This document shows positions 29,843-38,398 of a stretch of 64,000 nt of DNA, one piece after another. The DNA lies in contig JAZSID010000145.1 of the NCBI GenBank assembly GCA_045533625.1, positions 1,166 to 65,165 of the forward strand. The letters are read 5' to 3'. The notes beneath the pieces are model-generated. The model was not told where the DNA came from. It made no database searches and was given only the letters and a program-made list of their open reading frames with translations. The DNA comes from Acutalibacteraceae bacterium (lineage in GTDB: Bacteria > Bacillota > Clostridia > Oscillospirales > Acutalibacteraceae). The position numbers were made by a program, and so were the translations under genes. Numbering within the stretch: the first letter of the stretch is position 1; each line of letters starts with the position of its first letter.

Positions 29843-29916
29843 AGCGGAATTGTGTAACGGTAGCACGACAGACTCTGACTCTGTTTGTTGGGGTTCGAAT
29901 CCCTATTCCGCTGCCA
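29843..29916 (+). tRNA. tRNA-Gln (anticodon CUG)
   Basis: Hand-folded 74-nt cloverleaf. Acceptor AGCGGAA/TTCCGCT; D stem GTGT/GCAC; anticodon stem ACAGA/TCTGT with loop CTCTGAC; T arm TGGGG-TTCGAAT-CCCTA; discriminator G; encoded CCA. Confidence 0.9.
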
Positions 29917-29922
29917 AATACG

Positions 29923-30003
29923 ATAAATCCGAACTCTTTAGCCATAGTCGGCGAAGCGTTCGGATTTATTTTTTCTTTGCCTGAATAAAAGCTAACTCCC
30001 GTG
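29923..30003 (+). repeat. direct repeat copy 1 (terminator-containing, ~80 bp)
   Basis: ATAAATCCGAAC...CGAAGCGTTCGGATTTATTTTTTCTTTGCCTGAATAAAAGCTAACTCCCGTG. A 28-nt core (29952-29979) is identical to 31328-31355. It contains hairpin AAATCCGAAC/GTTCGGATTT plus a T-run, which is the tRNA-Gln terminator. Confidence 0.85.
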
Positions 30004-30166
30004 TATTGCTCAAAGTATCTCTTTTTTGTCAATATGAAATTATTATTCATCTTTCTAAATATTGAACACCTGTCGTTTGATTTTTCTGAATAATACTATT
30101 GTTCATCGTGCGTTCTTCTTTACTTTTGTCGAAAAATGTGCTATAGTAAAGTTGGAGATGGTAAAT

Positions 30167-31111
30167 ATGTGCAAGAAAAACAATAAGCAAAAATGCGCTA
30201 AAAAAAGTTCAGAATTTATTAAAAACCACAGAATAATATTTTCTATTATTTTTATTATAATGGCTATATTTATAATTATAGTTCCTCAATTAATTCTAAA
30301 GTTACCTTTCGTTGGCGAGACAAAAATTAGCGGTATTGAGCTAATAATGTTTAGCTCACAAATTGTTTCCTCAGTTTTTGTGATAATCGGCACAGTAATT
30401 GCTGTATGGCAATACTACTTGTCATCTTCTAAAAGAATAAGAGAACTTGAGTTTTCGCGGGTTGAAAAAGCAATTGAATTATCTAATTATTATAAAGATA
30501 ATATTTTAGATAGATATTCGGTTTTAAAAAGAGTATTTGACCATTATGGAATAACCAAAATGTTGCAAGAGAAAAGAAAAAATTGTGAAATCAAAGACTT
30601 TGATGTGGTTGAACTTAATGAAATTTACTCCGAAGAGGAAATCAAAAAATTTTCAGAATTGGGTTCGGATGAAAATTTTATTGATTCTATAATAGAAGTA
30701 GTTTCCACAAATAACATAGACTTAAAAGGGTATAATAAATGTATTAAAAAAATTAATGAGGGAACAAAATCAGTAGTGGAGATTTCAGTCAATCCGAATG
30801 AAGTATATCGTGATTTTTTTAAAACTTATATAATGCAAACTTTAAATAATGCTGAATATTTTGCAATGGCGTTTACTCATAAAACTGCAGACGAGAGTGT
30901 CATATATCAATCAATTTATCCAACATATTTAGAAATGTGTTTTATAATGTATTATTATATTGCAAGGTATTCCGACCCCAAAGAATCGAAATTATATACA
31001 AATTTAGCATCTTTGTATTGCATTTGGAGAGAAAGAGAACAAAAACAAAAAAAAGACATAAATAAGCAAACGAGAAGTGCAGGGAATCACACAGGCACAA
31101 TCGTTGAGTAA
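30167..31111 (+). CDS. hypothetical membrane-anchored protein (cassette gene)
   Basis: Start chosen at ATG 30167 (GGAG upstream; TGCTATAGT extended -10 at 30139-30147). Two N-terminal TM helices, then a ~220-aa K/E/N-rich soluble domain. Very AT-rich; no family recognised. Confidence 0.6.
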   Translation: MCKKNNKQKCAKKSSEFIKNHRIIFSIIFIIMAIFIIIVPQLILKLPFVGETKISGIELIMFSSQIVSSVFVIIGTVIAVWQYYLSSSKRIRELEFSRVEKAIELSNYYKDNILDRYSVLKRVFDHYGITKMLQEKRKNCEIKDFDVVELNEIYSEEEIKKFSELGSDENFIDSIIEVVSTNNIDLKGYNKCIKKINEGTKSVVEISVNPNEVYRDFFKTYIMQTLNNAEYFAMAFTHKTADESVIYQSIYPTYLEMCFIMYYYIARYSDPKESKLYTNLASLYCIWREREQKQKKDINKQTRSAGNHTGTIVE

Positions 31112-31132
31112 TAGAAATCATTCATACTGTAG

Positions 31133-31161
31133 TTGACAAATGCATAGAATTATATTAGAAT
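31133..31161 (+). promoter_or_regulatory. near-consensus sigma-A promoter of the micro-ORF
   Basis: TTGACA (31133-31138), 17 nt, TAGAAT (31156-31161). Confidence 0.55.
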
Positions 31162-31184
31162 GTATTATGTTAGGAGGATTTAGT

Positions 31185-31214
31185 ATGGGTACAGGAGATA
31201 AACCGATTTTGTAA
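31185..31214 (+). CDS. 9-codon micro-ORF (MGTGDKPIL)
   Basis: AGGAGG (31172-31177) 7 nt before the ATG. The ORF is bracketed by its own promoter and by the terminator at 31224-31257. Too short for the ORF track; translation is unproven. Confidence 0.3.
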   Translation: MGTGDKPIL

Positions 31215-31223
31215 TATTAAAAA

Positions 31224-31257
31224 GAAGGCTTGCCGCTTTGGTGAGCCTTTTGTTTTT
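31224..31257 (+). terminator. intrinsic terminator after the micro-ORF
   Basis: Stem AAGGCTTGCC/GGTGAGCCTT (two GU pairs) with a 5-nt loop, followed by TTGTTTTT. Confidence 0.55.
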
Positions 31258-31301
31258 ATAAATTAAAAATAGACCTTAGAAGGGTTAGAAACCCCAACGG
31301 C

Positions 31302-31380
31302 ATAAATCTGAACCTTTCGTTCTTCAACGAAGCGTTCGGATTTATTTTTTCTTTGACTGAATAAAAAGTATACTCCCGTG
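31302..31380 (+). repeat. direct repeat copy 2
   Basis: ATAAATCTGAAC...CGAAGCGTTCGGATTTATTTTTTCTTTGACTGAATAAAAAGTATACTCCCGTG; see copy 1. Confidence 0.85.
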
Positions 31381-31396
31381 GAAAAATCCACGGGAG
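31373..31396 (-). terminator. intrinsic terminator of the surface-protein operon
   Basis: CTCCCGTGG/CCACGGGAG hairpin followed by TATACTTTTTATT on the minus strand, 47 nt after the lipoprotein stop. Confidence 0.55.
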
Positions 31397-31442
31397 CTTA
31401 TTATGTGAATTGTTTATTCAACCATCACTATACTATGTTTAT

Positions 31443-32234
31443 TTACCATTTGGTAAGTGTCATTCTTTCTCCGGAAGGACCAACCAATACAAAAGTAGTT
31501 ATATCTTCTGAAAGTCTGGTTTCAGCAGTATAAGTTTCTCCGCCAAGATTAATTGTAAGTGTGTCTCCGTGAAGATTCCAAGAACCCGTTCCGTTTAATT
31601 GGCTGCTCATGCTTGAATAAGGAATTTCTTGGGTAATATAATCGTACATATATTCCTCTGCTTCTTCTCTGCTTGAGAAGTCTTCTGATTCTGCAATATC
31701 TTCATCCGTTATCTTTGACATCTCTTTTTCTACGATTTGTTTAATCATATTTTCATAGTTTTCTTTAGAAAAACGAACCCGTACGACACTGTCGATAATG
31801 TCAAAAGTAAAATACAATTTAGCTGTAACACCGTTTGTAACGAATGTCGCAGTCCAGGAACCTAAGAGTAAGTCTGTATTGGCAACCTTGAGTGAGGGTC
31901 TTGTATTATTGGAGCCTTGTGAAGGTTTGGAGTTGTTGTTACCTTTGTTGTTTTCCTTATCTTCAGTTTTGTCTTTATCCTTGTTCTGGGTCTTATCTGC
32001 AGGTTTGTTCTTGTCTTCAGTCGGTTTTTCAACTTCAGATTTATCTTGAGATTCGCTAGAAGCCTCAGTCTCCGAGGTTTTTTCAGTTTCAGTGGTATCC
32101 TCTGTTTTTGTCTCAGTTGTTTGTGAAGTGGTACTTTCTTTTTTACTGTCTTCCGTTTTGTTGTCTTTTCCGCAAGCAGAAAAAAGAGATAAGACCATAA
32201 GAAGTGAAAGAATTAATGCTAATACTTTTTTCAT
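31443..32234 (-). CDS. lipoprotein with an E/T/K-rich linker
   Basis: Start at MKKVLALILSLLMVLSLFSAC (ATG 32232-32234, GGAGGT RBS); lipobox LFSAC. Low-complexity acidic linker, then a ~150-aa globular C-terminal domain. Confidence 0.65.
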   Translation of the reverse strand: MKKVLALILSLLMVLSLFSACGKDNKTEDSKKESTTSQTTETKTEDTTETEKTSETEASSESQDKSEVEKPTEDKNKPADKTQNKDKDKTEDKENNKGNNNSKPSQGSNNTRPSLKVANTDLLLGSWTATFVTNGVTAKLYFTFDIIDSVVRVRFSKENYENMIKQIVEKEMSKITDEDIAESEDFSSREEAEEYMYDYITQEIPYSSMSSQLNGTGSWNLHGDTLTINLGGETYTAETRLSEDITTFVLVGPSGERMTLTKW

Positions 32235-32366
32235 AGTTTTACCTCCGTATAGCAAATTGTACAAATACAGTTTAACATATAGCTATACCTATTTCAATAA
32301 TAGCCTTCATTTTTAACAGATTGTCTGAGTTAGTCATTTGACTATACTTCAAAATTTTCAGTACGG

Positions 32367-32966
32367 TTATTTTATGTATTCCATTTCAACAACTTTATAC
32401 ATCGATTTATCATCCGATGCATCAAGAAAAGCGTGGTGCAATTCGAAGTTATCCTCATTCCACACAAAGAAATAAGCACCTTTTGAAAATGGTCGAAAAC
32501 CGTCATCTGTTGAATAATTTCCAACCTCTTTCATAGTGCAGAAGGATGTCTTTTCGTAAACTGCACCGCCTCCGGCAAGAAGCCAAGACGACTCATTTAC
32601 TACTATACTGTGGTCATCGTAGTCAGATGTATATTCATAATACTTACTTCCAAATGACAACTCTGAAAAGCATATCAATCCACAATAAGCAAGAGCGAAG
32701 ACAGAAATAATAACCGTCAGAATTATACACAAAACCTTGTTGTTAATGTTGTTAAATATAAAAACAGCAAGAGCACAAGACAGCAGAACAACACAGAGTA
32801 TTTTTACGGAAGGTATAATTTCTTGTGTGCTGATAACAGAAAAATATATGTATACACCAAGCTTTTCTAATCCACTGATTAATAAGTTAGCAAATAACAG
32901 AACAACAGCAATTATAAAAGTTATTTTAGAAAATTTTGGAAATATAGATTTCTTCATTATTATCAC
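32367..32966 (-). CDS. membrane protein (4 TM helices plus soluble C-terminal domain)
   Basis: 199-aa ORF with four hydrophobic helices, then a ~90-aa soluble tail. No family recognised. Confidence 0.55.
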   Translation of the reverse strand: MIIMKKSIFPKFSKITFIIAVVLLFANLLISGLEKLGVYIYFSVISTQEIIPSVKILCVVLLSCALAVFIFNNINNKVLCIILTVIISVFALAYCGLICFSELSFGSKYYEYTSDYDDHSIVVNESSWLLAGGGAVYEKTSFCTMKEVGNYSTDDGFRPFSKGAYFFVWNEDNFELHHAFLDASDDKSMYKVVEMEYIK

Positions 32967-33022
32967 TCCTGTAAAAGTTGTGCTTACCCACTGGGTTAGG
33001 TCAGCAACTCATTTCTAACAAA

Positions 33023-34909
33023 TCATTCGACCGTATATTCAAGCGTGCCCACTTGTCTCCATACGCTATTGCGGTAGATGAGAACGCGGATTTCGTTGAG
33101 GCCGTCTTTGTTCATCCAAGCCTTACCTGTGAAGATTTTGTTTCCGTTTTCGTCGGTTGCTTTTGATGCAACTGTGACGGTTGTGTTGTCAGGCATCTTG
33201 AACATTACCATTTCGGTCTTTTCATCAGCGACAACTGTTGCAGGAACAGGACCTTTCTTACCTGATGTTGCAGAAAGCTCCATTGAAACGATAGGATTAG
33301 CGAGAATCATCGGGAAATCGTAGGTTTTGCTGTCCCAAGTATATCTTGCATCTGAAAGGTACTTTGCTCGTGTCCTGATTTCGACATTCGGCATCATATT
33401 CGAATAGATGCTCCATACCTCATAAGCTACTGTACGGTCGAGTGAATTGACTTCATTACCATCTGCGTCGTAGCTTTTAATGGTTACATTCTTATGGTTT
33501 CTGTCATAAGTTCTTGTGCCGTCTGTTGGCTCGATAAACTGAATCATTGCAGGTCTGCCTTCGACTGTAACTGTAAAGGTATTTCTTGTGTCGAATGATT
33601 TTTCGTATTCTACATTTGTGATGCTCGGTGCGACAGTCCTGCGCTGAAGATTTTCGGCTATTGGATAGCCTTTATTTTCATTACCTGTATCAACAACGAA
33701 ATCCGAATAATGATATATCCATAAATACTTGCTTGTTTTTTTCAAAACATCTTCCGAAATGGACCGCAATCCCTGGTCATCTACAATCTGTCCCATACCG
33801 TACGGGTCAGGTACTATTGAATCAAGATAACGCTGATAATCTTCATCAAAGTCTCCGTTATAATCAGCAGTATCACCGTAACGCGCAACAAAATAACATC
33901 CTACAAAATTTTCATAAAAACCTTGGCTCCAGGGATTAAACATATTTCCCAGCTCACCACCAAGTGATGGCCAATCAGGATAATAATGATCATAAGAAGG
34001 TTGAGGGTATCCTATAAACCAATTCATAAAATTACTTGGAAGACCCGCGTAAACTTCACCTGCCGCAAAACATTCTTTGCACTCGCCTATAACATAACCT
34101 GCAAAACCTGCTGCAACATAATTCGCATAAACATCGCCTGTATTGGAGCAACCTTGTGCGCTACCAGCAAGAAAGCCCGCAAAGCCACCAATATTATCTG
34201 ATTTGTAGCCGTAAACATCACCTGCATTGGCACAGTTGATAAAAGTACCGGTAGCCATACCTGCCACTCCGCCTACATCGCCTACTGTTTTATCGGAGAT
34301 AACTGTTCCGTAAAAGAAGCAATCTGTCATTGTCCCTCCGAAATCACCCGAAATCCCACCAATATAAGTGGGATTACCTGTCACAATAGCACTTGAAAAA
34401 CATTTTTCAACCTTTGAGCTGTAAGATGAATCACCACAGATTGAACCTACATCTCCGTTACCTATAATAAGTGAATTTTCAACAGATATGTTTTTAATAG
34501 TTCCATCTAAAGTTCCAACCAAACCTGCATTTAATTCATCGTTTATATACAAGCCGTAGATTGCATAACCCCGACCGTCGAAAATGCCGTAGAAAGAATC
34601 AATAGATTCAATAGGTTCAGGCAGAACGAATGTGCCGTTATACAAAGGCTTTTGATTCTCGTCAACTGAGAAGATACCATCGTGAATGGTTATGTCGTTT
34701 GTCAGAATGATTGTTACACCCGAACAAGAATTGTTCATTGCTTCAAACTGTAAAAACTCCTCTGCAGTAGAAATAGAATATGTCGCACCTGATTTAATCA
34801 CACCACCACTTTCGGAAATCGGGACGGCAATTTCCTCTGCTGATGACATAACAGGTAAAACAGCAAATACCATTATTGCCGCTAAGACCAAAGCTAAAAA
34901 ATTTTTCAT
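33023..34909 (-). CDS. secreted GLUG-motif repeat protein
   Basis: 628 aa. Signal peptide and repeated GLUG-like units (IGGISGDFGG, VGGVAGMATG, IGGFAGFLAG). The C-terminal ~190 aa is shared with the upstream S8 peptidase. Confidence 0.6.
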   Translation of the reverse strand: MKNFLALVLAAIMVFAVLPVMSSAEEIAVPISESGGVIKSGATYSISTAEEFLQFEAMNNSCSGVTIILTNDITIHDGIFSVDENQKPLYNGTFVLPEPIESIDSFYGIFDGRGYAIYGLYINDELNAGLVGTLDGTIKNISVENSLIIGNGDVGSICGDSSYSSKVEKCFSSAIVTGNPTYIGGISGDFGGTMTDCFFYGTVISDKTVGDVGGVAGMATGTFINCANAGDVYGYKSDNIGGFAGFLAGSAQGCSNTGDVYANYVAAGFAGYVIGECKECFAAGEVYAGLPSNFMNWFIGYPQPSYDHYYPDWPSLGGELGNMFNPWSQGFYENFVGCYFVARYGDTADYNGDFDEDYQRYLDSIVPDPYGMGQIVDDQGLRSISEDVLKKTSKYLWIYHYSDFVVDTGNENKGYPIAENLQRRTVAPSITNVEYEKSFDTRNTFTVTVEGRPAMIQFIEPTDGTRTYDRNHKNVTIKSYDADGNEVNSLDRTVAYEVWSIYSNMMPNVEIRTRAKYLSDARYTWDSKTYDFPMILANPIVSMELSATSGKKGPVPATVVADEKTEMVMFKMPDNTTVTVASKATDENGNKIFTGKAWMNKDGLNEIRVLIYRNSVWRQVGTLEYTVE

Positions 34910-34964
34910 AAGAGCACCTCCAACAAAGTAATCTTTAATAAATATAATATCAATTCAAATAATA

Positions 34965-37900
34965 TTATTCAACCGTATACTCAAGCGTACCTACTTGTCT
35001 CCATACATTATTGCGGTAGATGAGAATTCGGATTTCATTGAAACCTTCTTTATTCATCCAAGCCTTGCCTGTGAAGATTTTGTTTCCGTTTTCGTCTGTT
35101 GCTTTTGATGCAACGGTGACAGTTGTGTTGTCAGGCATTTTGAACATAACCTTTTCGGTCTTGTCATCAGCAACAACCGTTGCAGGTACGGGACCCAGCT
35201 TGCCCGATGTTGAGGAAAGCTCCATTGAAATAATGGGGTTGTACGGTTCAATTTTAAATTTGTATTTACCTATATCCCATTTACCGCTTACTTTGCCACG
35301 AACTTTAATTTCGTTACCTACGCTCATGTTGGAGTAAATCTCCCATACTTCATATGCAAGGTCACGGCTTAATTCATTAACAACTTCACCATTAGAATTG
35401 TAACTTGTAATGGATACATTCTTATGGTATCTGTCATAGGTTCTCGTACCACCGTCAGCTTCCATAAATTGAATCATAGATTTTCTTCCGTTGGCGGTTA
35501 CCGTAAAGTCTTTGTGGGTATCTTCTTGCTGAACATATTCAACTTTTGTGATATCAGATGTGATTGATCTGTTTTCACACGCACTTGTTCTGATAGTGAT
35601 TTCTTCAAACTCTCCATCCTTGCTTGTTACTTCACAATAGTAGTATGCAGCAGGATAATCGGCAGGATTAAAGTTTTTGCTTGTTGCACCTTCAATTTTT
35701 TTGCCGCCTGTATTGCTATCAACAGTATTAGAATACCATTGATATTTTCTGTTGAAACCTACAACATCCGCTTCAAGTTCACCCATATATGACTTGTAGT
35801 ATTCAGGTAAATCATTAATAACTGCGGTTTCAGGTGTTATTTCAATGAACTTAGCACCGTTTTCTTTCGCCCACTGTTCAATGTATGTTCCCGATGAACC
35901 GTAGAAGGTATATGTACTCATTTCATATTCTGAAAGTTCTTCCGGCATACTCTTTAATGTTGAAGGAATAACCAAACTTGACCAATTTCCCGGCAAATCT
36001 AATAATGCAGTTGCTTTTGAAAACTCTAAACGAACAATCAAATCGCCGTTGTCATTATAAAATCTAAAAGTTTTTTTTGGTATTACTACTAATTCAGTTA
36101 AATCAAATACAGTACGAACATTAATACCGTCCAAATATCCAGTTCTTCCATTTGGACCTTCTGAGAAATTGGCTAATTTTGGAATACATAACTTATGCGC
36201 TCCAAAGTTGTAAAAACTTGCAAATCCAATTGTCGTAACCTCAGGTAAAAAAAGTTCTGTGCAATATGCATATCTAAACGCTTCTTGTTCTATGATTTTC
36301 GCTTTAGGGAGAAATAATGTATCTATAGACGAAACATTGTAAAAAGCTCTGTATCCAATATGTTCAAGATTAGGAAGATTGTAAAACCGAATGCGTGATG
36401 AATCAAATGTGCTCCAGCCTACTTTTGTTACCGATTCTCCGTCAAGAAAAATCAACTCAGAGTTGTCCTTAAAAGACTCTCTATTATTTCCGTCAGAAGA
36501 TAATCCGCCTAAGAATGTGATTGTGTTAGGTAAAGTTAGACCCCAGACTTCAACACTGTTAAACGCACTATTTGATATGTCAGTTACTGTTATACCATTT
36601 ATCGTTTCAGGAATTATTATATCGTGCAATTTCCCGGTATATGAAGTTATTGCCCCTTCTTCGTCAATGGTAAAGTCAGTCTCATCCGCAAGGATAGATG
36701 AACGAAATAGGCCTGAATAAACTTTACTCGGTATGCCATCCTCATTATATGAGACCGCCTTAAAAATTTCTTCAGTTGCATAAATTTCAACAGCATCCGC
36801 AAGTAAAATTCCATTTTCAGGTGTAGGATATGTCAGGTCAAAAGTATAATAAATGTCTTCATTACCTGAAGAGGTGGCTTCAAGGACAATTTTTTCTTCA
36901 TATTTCCCGGGTTGTTTATTAACGCTGATATTTGGCCTTTCCAAACCAACCGCACCAACTGCATCAACAAGCCCTTCACCGTAAAGAAGAATTCCTACAT
37001 TACACTCATCGTATGGAGTAGCTGTTTCTCTTATGATATCAAAAGCATCTTCAACATTTAAATCAGGATTGAATGACAGCATCATTGCGCAAACAGCAGA
37101 AACAATCGGAGCAGAAAAGGATGTTCCACTAGCCTCTTCGTAGCCATACAAACCAATTGCCGGAACACTTTCACCCGGTGCACAAACAGCCACATGTTCA
37201 CCTCTTGAACTCCAATTGCAAGGGTATGAATATATGTTACTTGCACTGATAGTAAGAACGAAAGTTGAGGAAGCGGGAAGAGCATAATTAGGTTCGTAAC
37301 TTGCATTTGGGGAATTACCAGAACCTGCTATTACAAAAACATTTTGTTCATAGGCAGTTTTTATTGCATCTGCAAATAAGAGCGCTTCTGCATTCAAATT
37401 AGTCATATCAATAGGAAAAAGGAAACTACAGTTTATTATTTGTGCACCATCCAAAATTGCCTGTAACATGGCAACGGTAACTGTTGCCATAGAAAAATTG
37501 CCATCATCAGCAACTTTGTAGTTTCTAATTTTTACATTTTCAGGTGTTGCGTCAACAATTATGCTTGTAACCGATGTTTCGTGATTAAAGAAATCTTGCT
37601 CAGCTGCTTCAGGAGTGCCTGAACCATAGAAATAAGTCCTTTCAAGTCTTCCTTCAAAAAACTCTTGTTCTAAATCCACACCTGTTCCTATAAGAGCAAC
37701 TTTAACTTCGTTTAACTGAATATTGTTATTTTCAACGTAGTTTTTTATTGCATACAGACCTGTTGATTCTGCTGCCCATGAATTCAGAGTGTACTTGGTT
37801 GGATTTGAATCAATGTTTTGTTCTGCCGTCTTTTCAATCGGATTTTCGAGGGCAGGTACAGTTTTATCAACGCAAACAGATTCTATATCATCTGATTCAG

Positions 37901-38237
37901 TATATATATTAAGTGCTTTGATTGTATCACTTGTATTTGCAAACTGAATTATATGATAATCTTTATAGCCGCTTGCAATACCGACAGAGTTCAATTCTTC
38001 AGGTTTCTGCTTAGATTTTACAATTAATCGACAAGTAGACAATTCAGCCTCATCTGAATTGTCATCATAACCAAAAGTATTGAACTCAATTTCAGGCTGA
38101 TAGGAAATGAGCTCCATTGCATCGCTGACAAAACCTTGTATATCTTCTGTGTTGTTCTTAGCTGAACTGCTAAAATCAAATGCAAACATAGAAAAAATCA
38201 ATGTTGCAATTAATATAGTGCTTATTATTTTTTTCAT
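34965..38237 (-). CDS. secreted subtilisin-family (S8) peptidase with leucine-rich-repeat and Ig-like C-terminal modules
   Basis: 1090 aa. Signal peptide; Asp-His-Ser triad contexts VALIGTGVD, NHETSVTS and SGTSFSAPIVSAV. BspA-type LRRs (ITVTDISNSAFNS...); the C-terminal module duplicates that of the GLUG protein. Confidence 0.8.
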   Translation of the reverse strand: MKKIISTILIATLIFSMFAFDFSSSAKNNTEDIQGFVSDAMELISYQPEIEFNTFGYDDNSDEAELSTCRLIVKSKQKPEELNSVGIASGYKDYHIIQFANTSDTIKALNIYTESDDIESVCVDKTVPALENPIEKTAEQNIDSNPTKYTLNSWAAESTGLYAIKNYVENNNIQLNEVKVALIGTGVDLEQEFFEGRLERTYFYGSGTPEAAEQDFFNHETSVTSIIVDATPENVKIRNYKVADDGNFSMATVTVAMLQAILDGAQIINCSFLFPIDMTNLNAEALLFADAIKTAYEQNVFVIAGSGNSPNASYEPNYALPASSTFVLTISASNIYSYPCNWSSRGEHVAVCAPGESVPAIGLYGYEEASGTSFSAPIVSAVCAMMLSFNPDLNVEDAFDIIRETATPYDECNVGILLYGEGLVDAVGAVGLERPNISVNKQPGKYEEKIVLEATSSGNEDIYYTFDLTYPTPENGILLADAVEIYATEEIFKAVSYNEDGIPSKVYSGLFRSSILADETDFTIDEEGAITSYTGKLHDIIIPETINGITVTDISNSAFNSVEVWGLTLPNTITFLGGLSSDGNNRESFKDNSELIFLDGESVTKVGWSTFDSSRIRFYNLPNLEHIGYRAFYNVSSIDTLFLPKAKIIEQEAFRYAYCTELFLPEVTTIGFASFYNFGAHKLCIPKLANFSEGPNGRTGYLDGINVRTVFDLTELVVIPKKTFRFYNDNGDLIVRLEFSKATALLDLPGNWSSLVIPSTLKSMPEELSEYEMSTYTFYGSSGTYIEQWAKENGAKFIEITPETAVINDLPEYYKSYMGELEADVVGFNRKYQWYSNTVDSNTGGKKIEGATSKNFNPADYPAAYYYCEVTSKDGEFEEITIRTSACENRSITSDITKVEYVQQEDTHKDFTVTANGRKSMIQFMEADGGTRTYDRYHKNVSITSYNSNGEVVNELSRDLAYEVWEIYSNMSVGNEIKVRGKVSGKWDIGKYKFKIEPYNPIISMELSSTSGKLGPVPATVVADDKTEKVMFKMPDNTTVTVASKATDENGNKIFTGKAWMNKEGFNEIRILIYRNNVWRQVGTLEYTVE

Positions 38238-38329
38238 AATCTTTGCTCCTTTCTAAGTTTACTTCACGAAAATCTCAATATTATTTTCAATAAAATTGTA
38301 TAGTATAAAAAATCAAAAATAAAGTTCAG

Positions 38330-38370
38330 ATACAAAATTATAGAAAAAAGCGACAAAAATATTAAAAAAG
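38330..38370 (-). promoter_or_regulatory. box A: candidate LytTR-regulator binding site upstream of the S8 peptidase operon
   Basis: Minus strand reads ...ATTTTTGTCGCTTTTTTCTATAATTTTGTAT, then CTGAAC, 16 nt, TATACT. TTTTGTC and TTTTGTA are direct repeats exactly 21 bp apart. About 40 nt is conserved with box B (41794-41835). Confidence 0.4.
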
Positions 38371-38398
38371 ACAAGCAATCAACTAAGATTGCTTGTCT
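38369..38398 (-). terminator. intrinsic terminator of the regulator-kinase operon (stem includes the kinase stop codon)
   Basis: 12-bp stem AGACAAGCAATC/GATTGCTTGTCT followed by TTTTTTAATATTTTT on the minus strand. Confidence 0.55.

Noticed and set aside
29841-30050. A 69-aa minus-strand ORF overlapping tRNA-Gln and its terminator.
   Set aside because: It overlaps a well-folded tRNA and the repeat/terminator, with no RBS.
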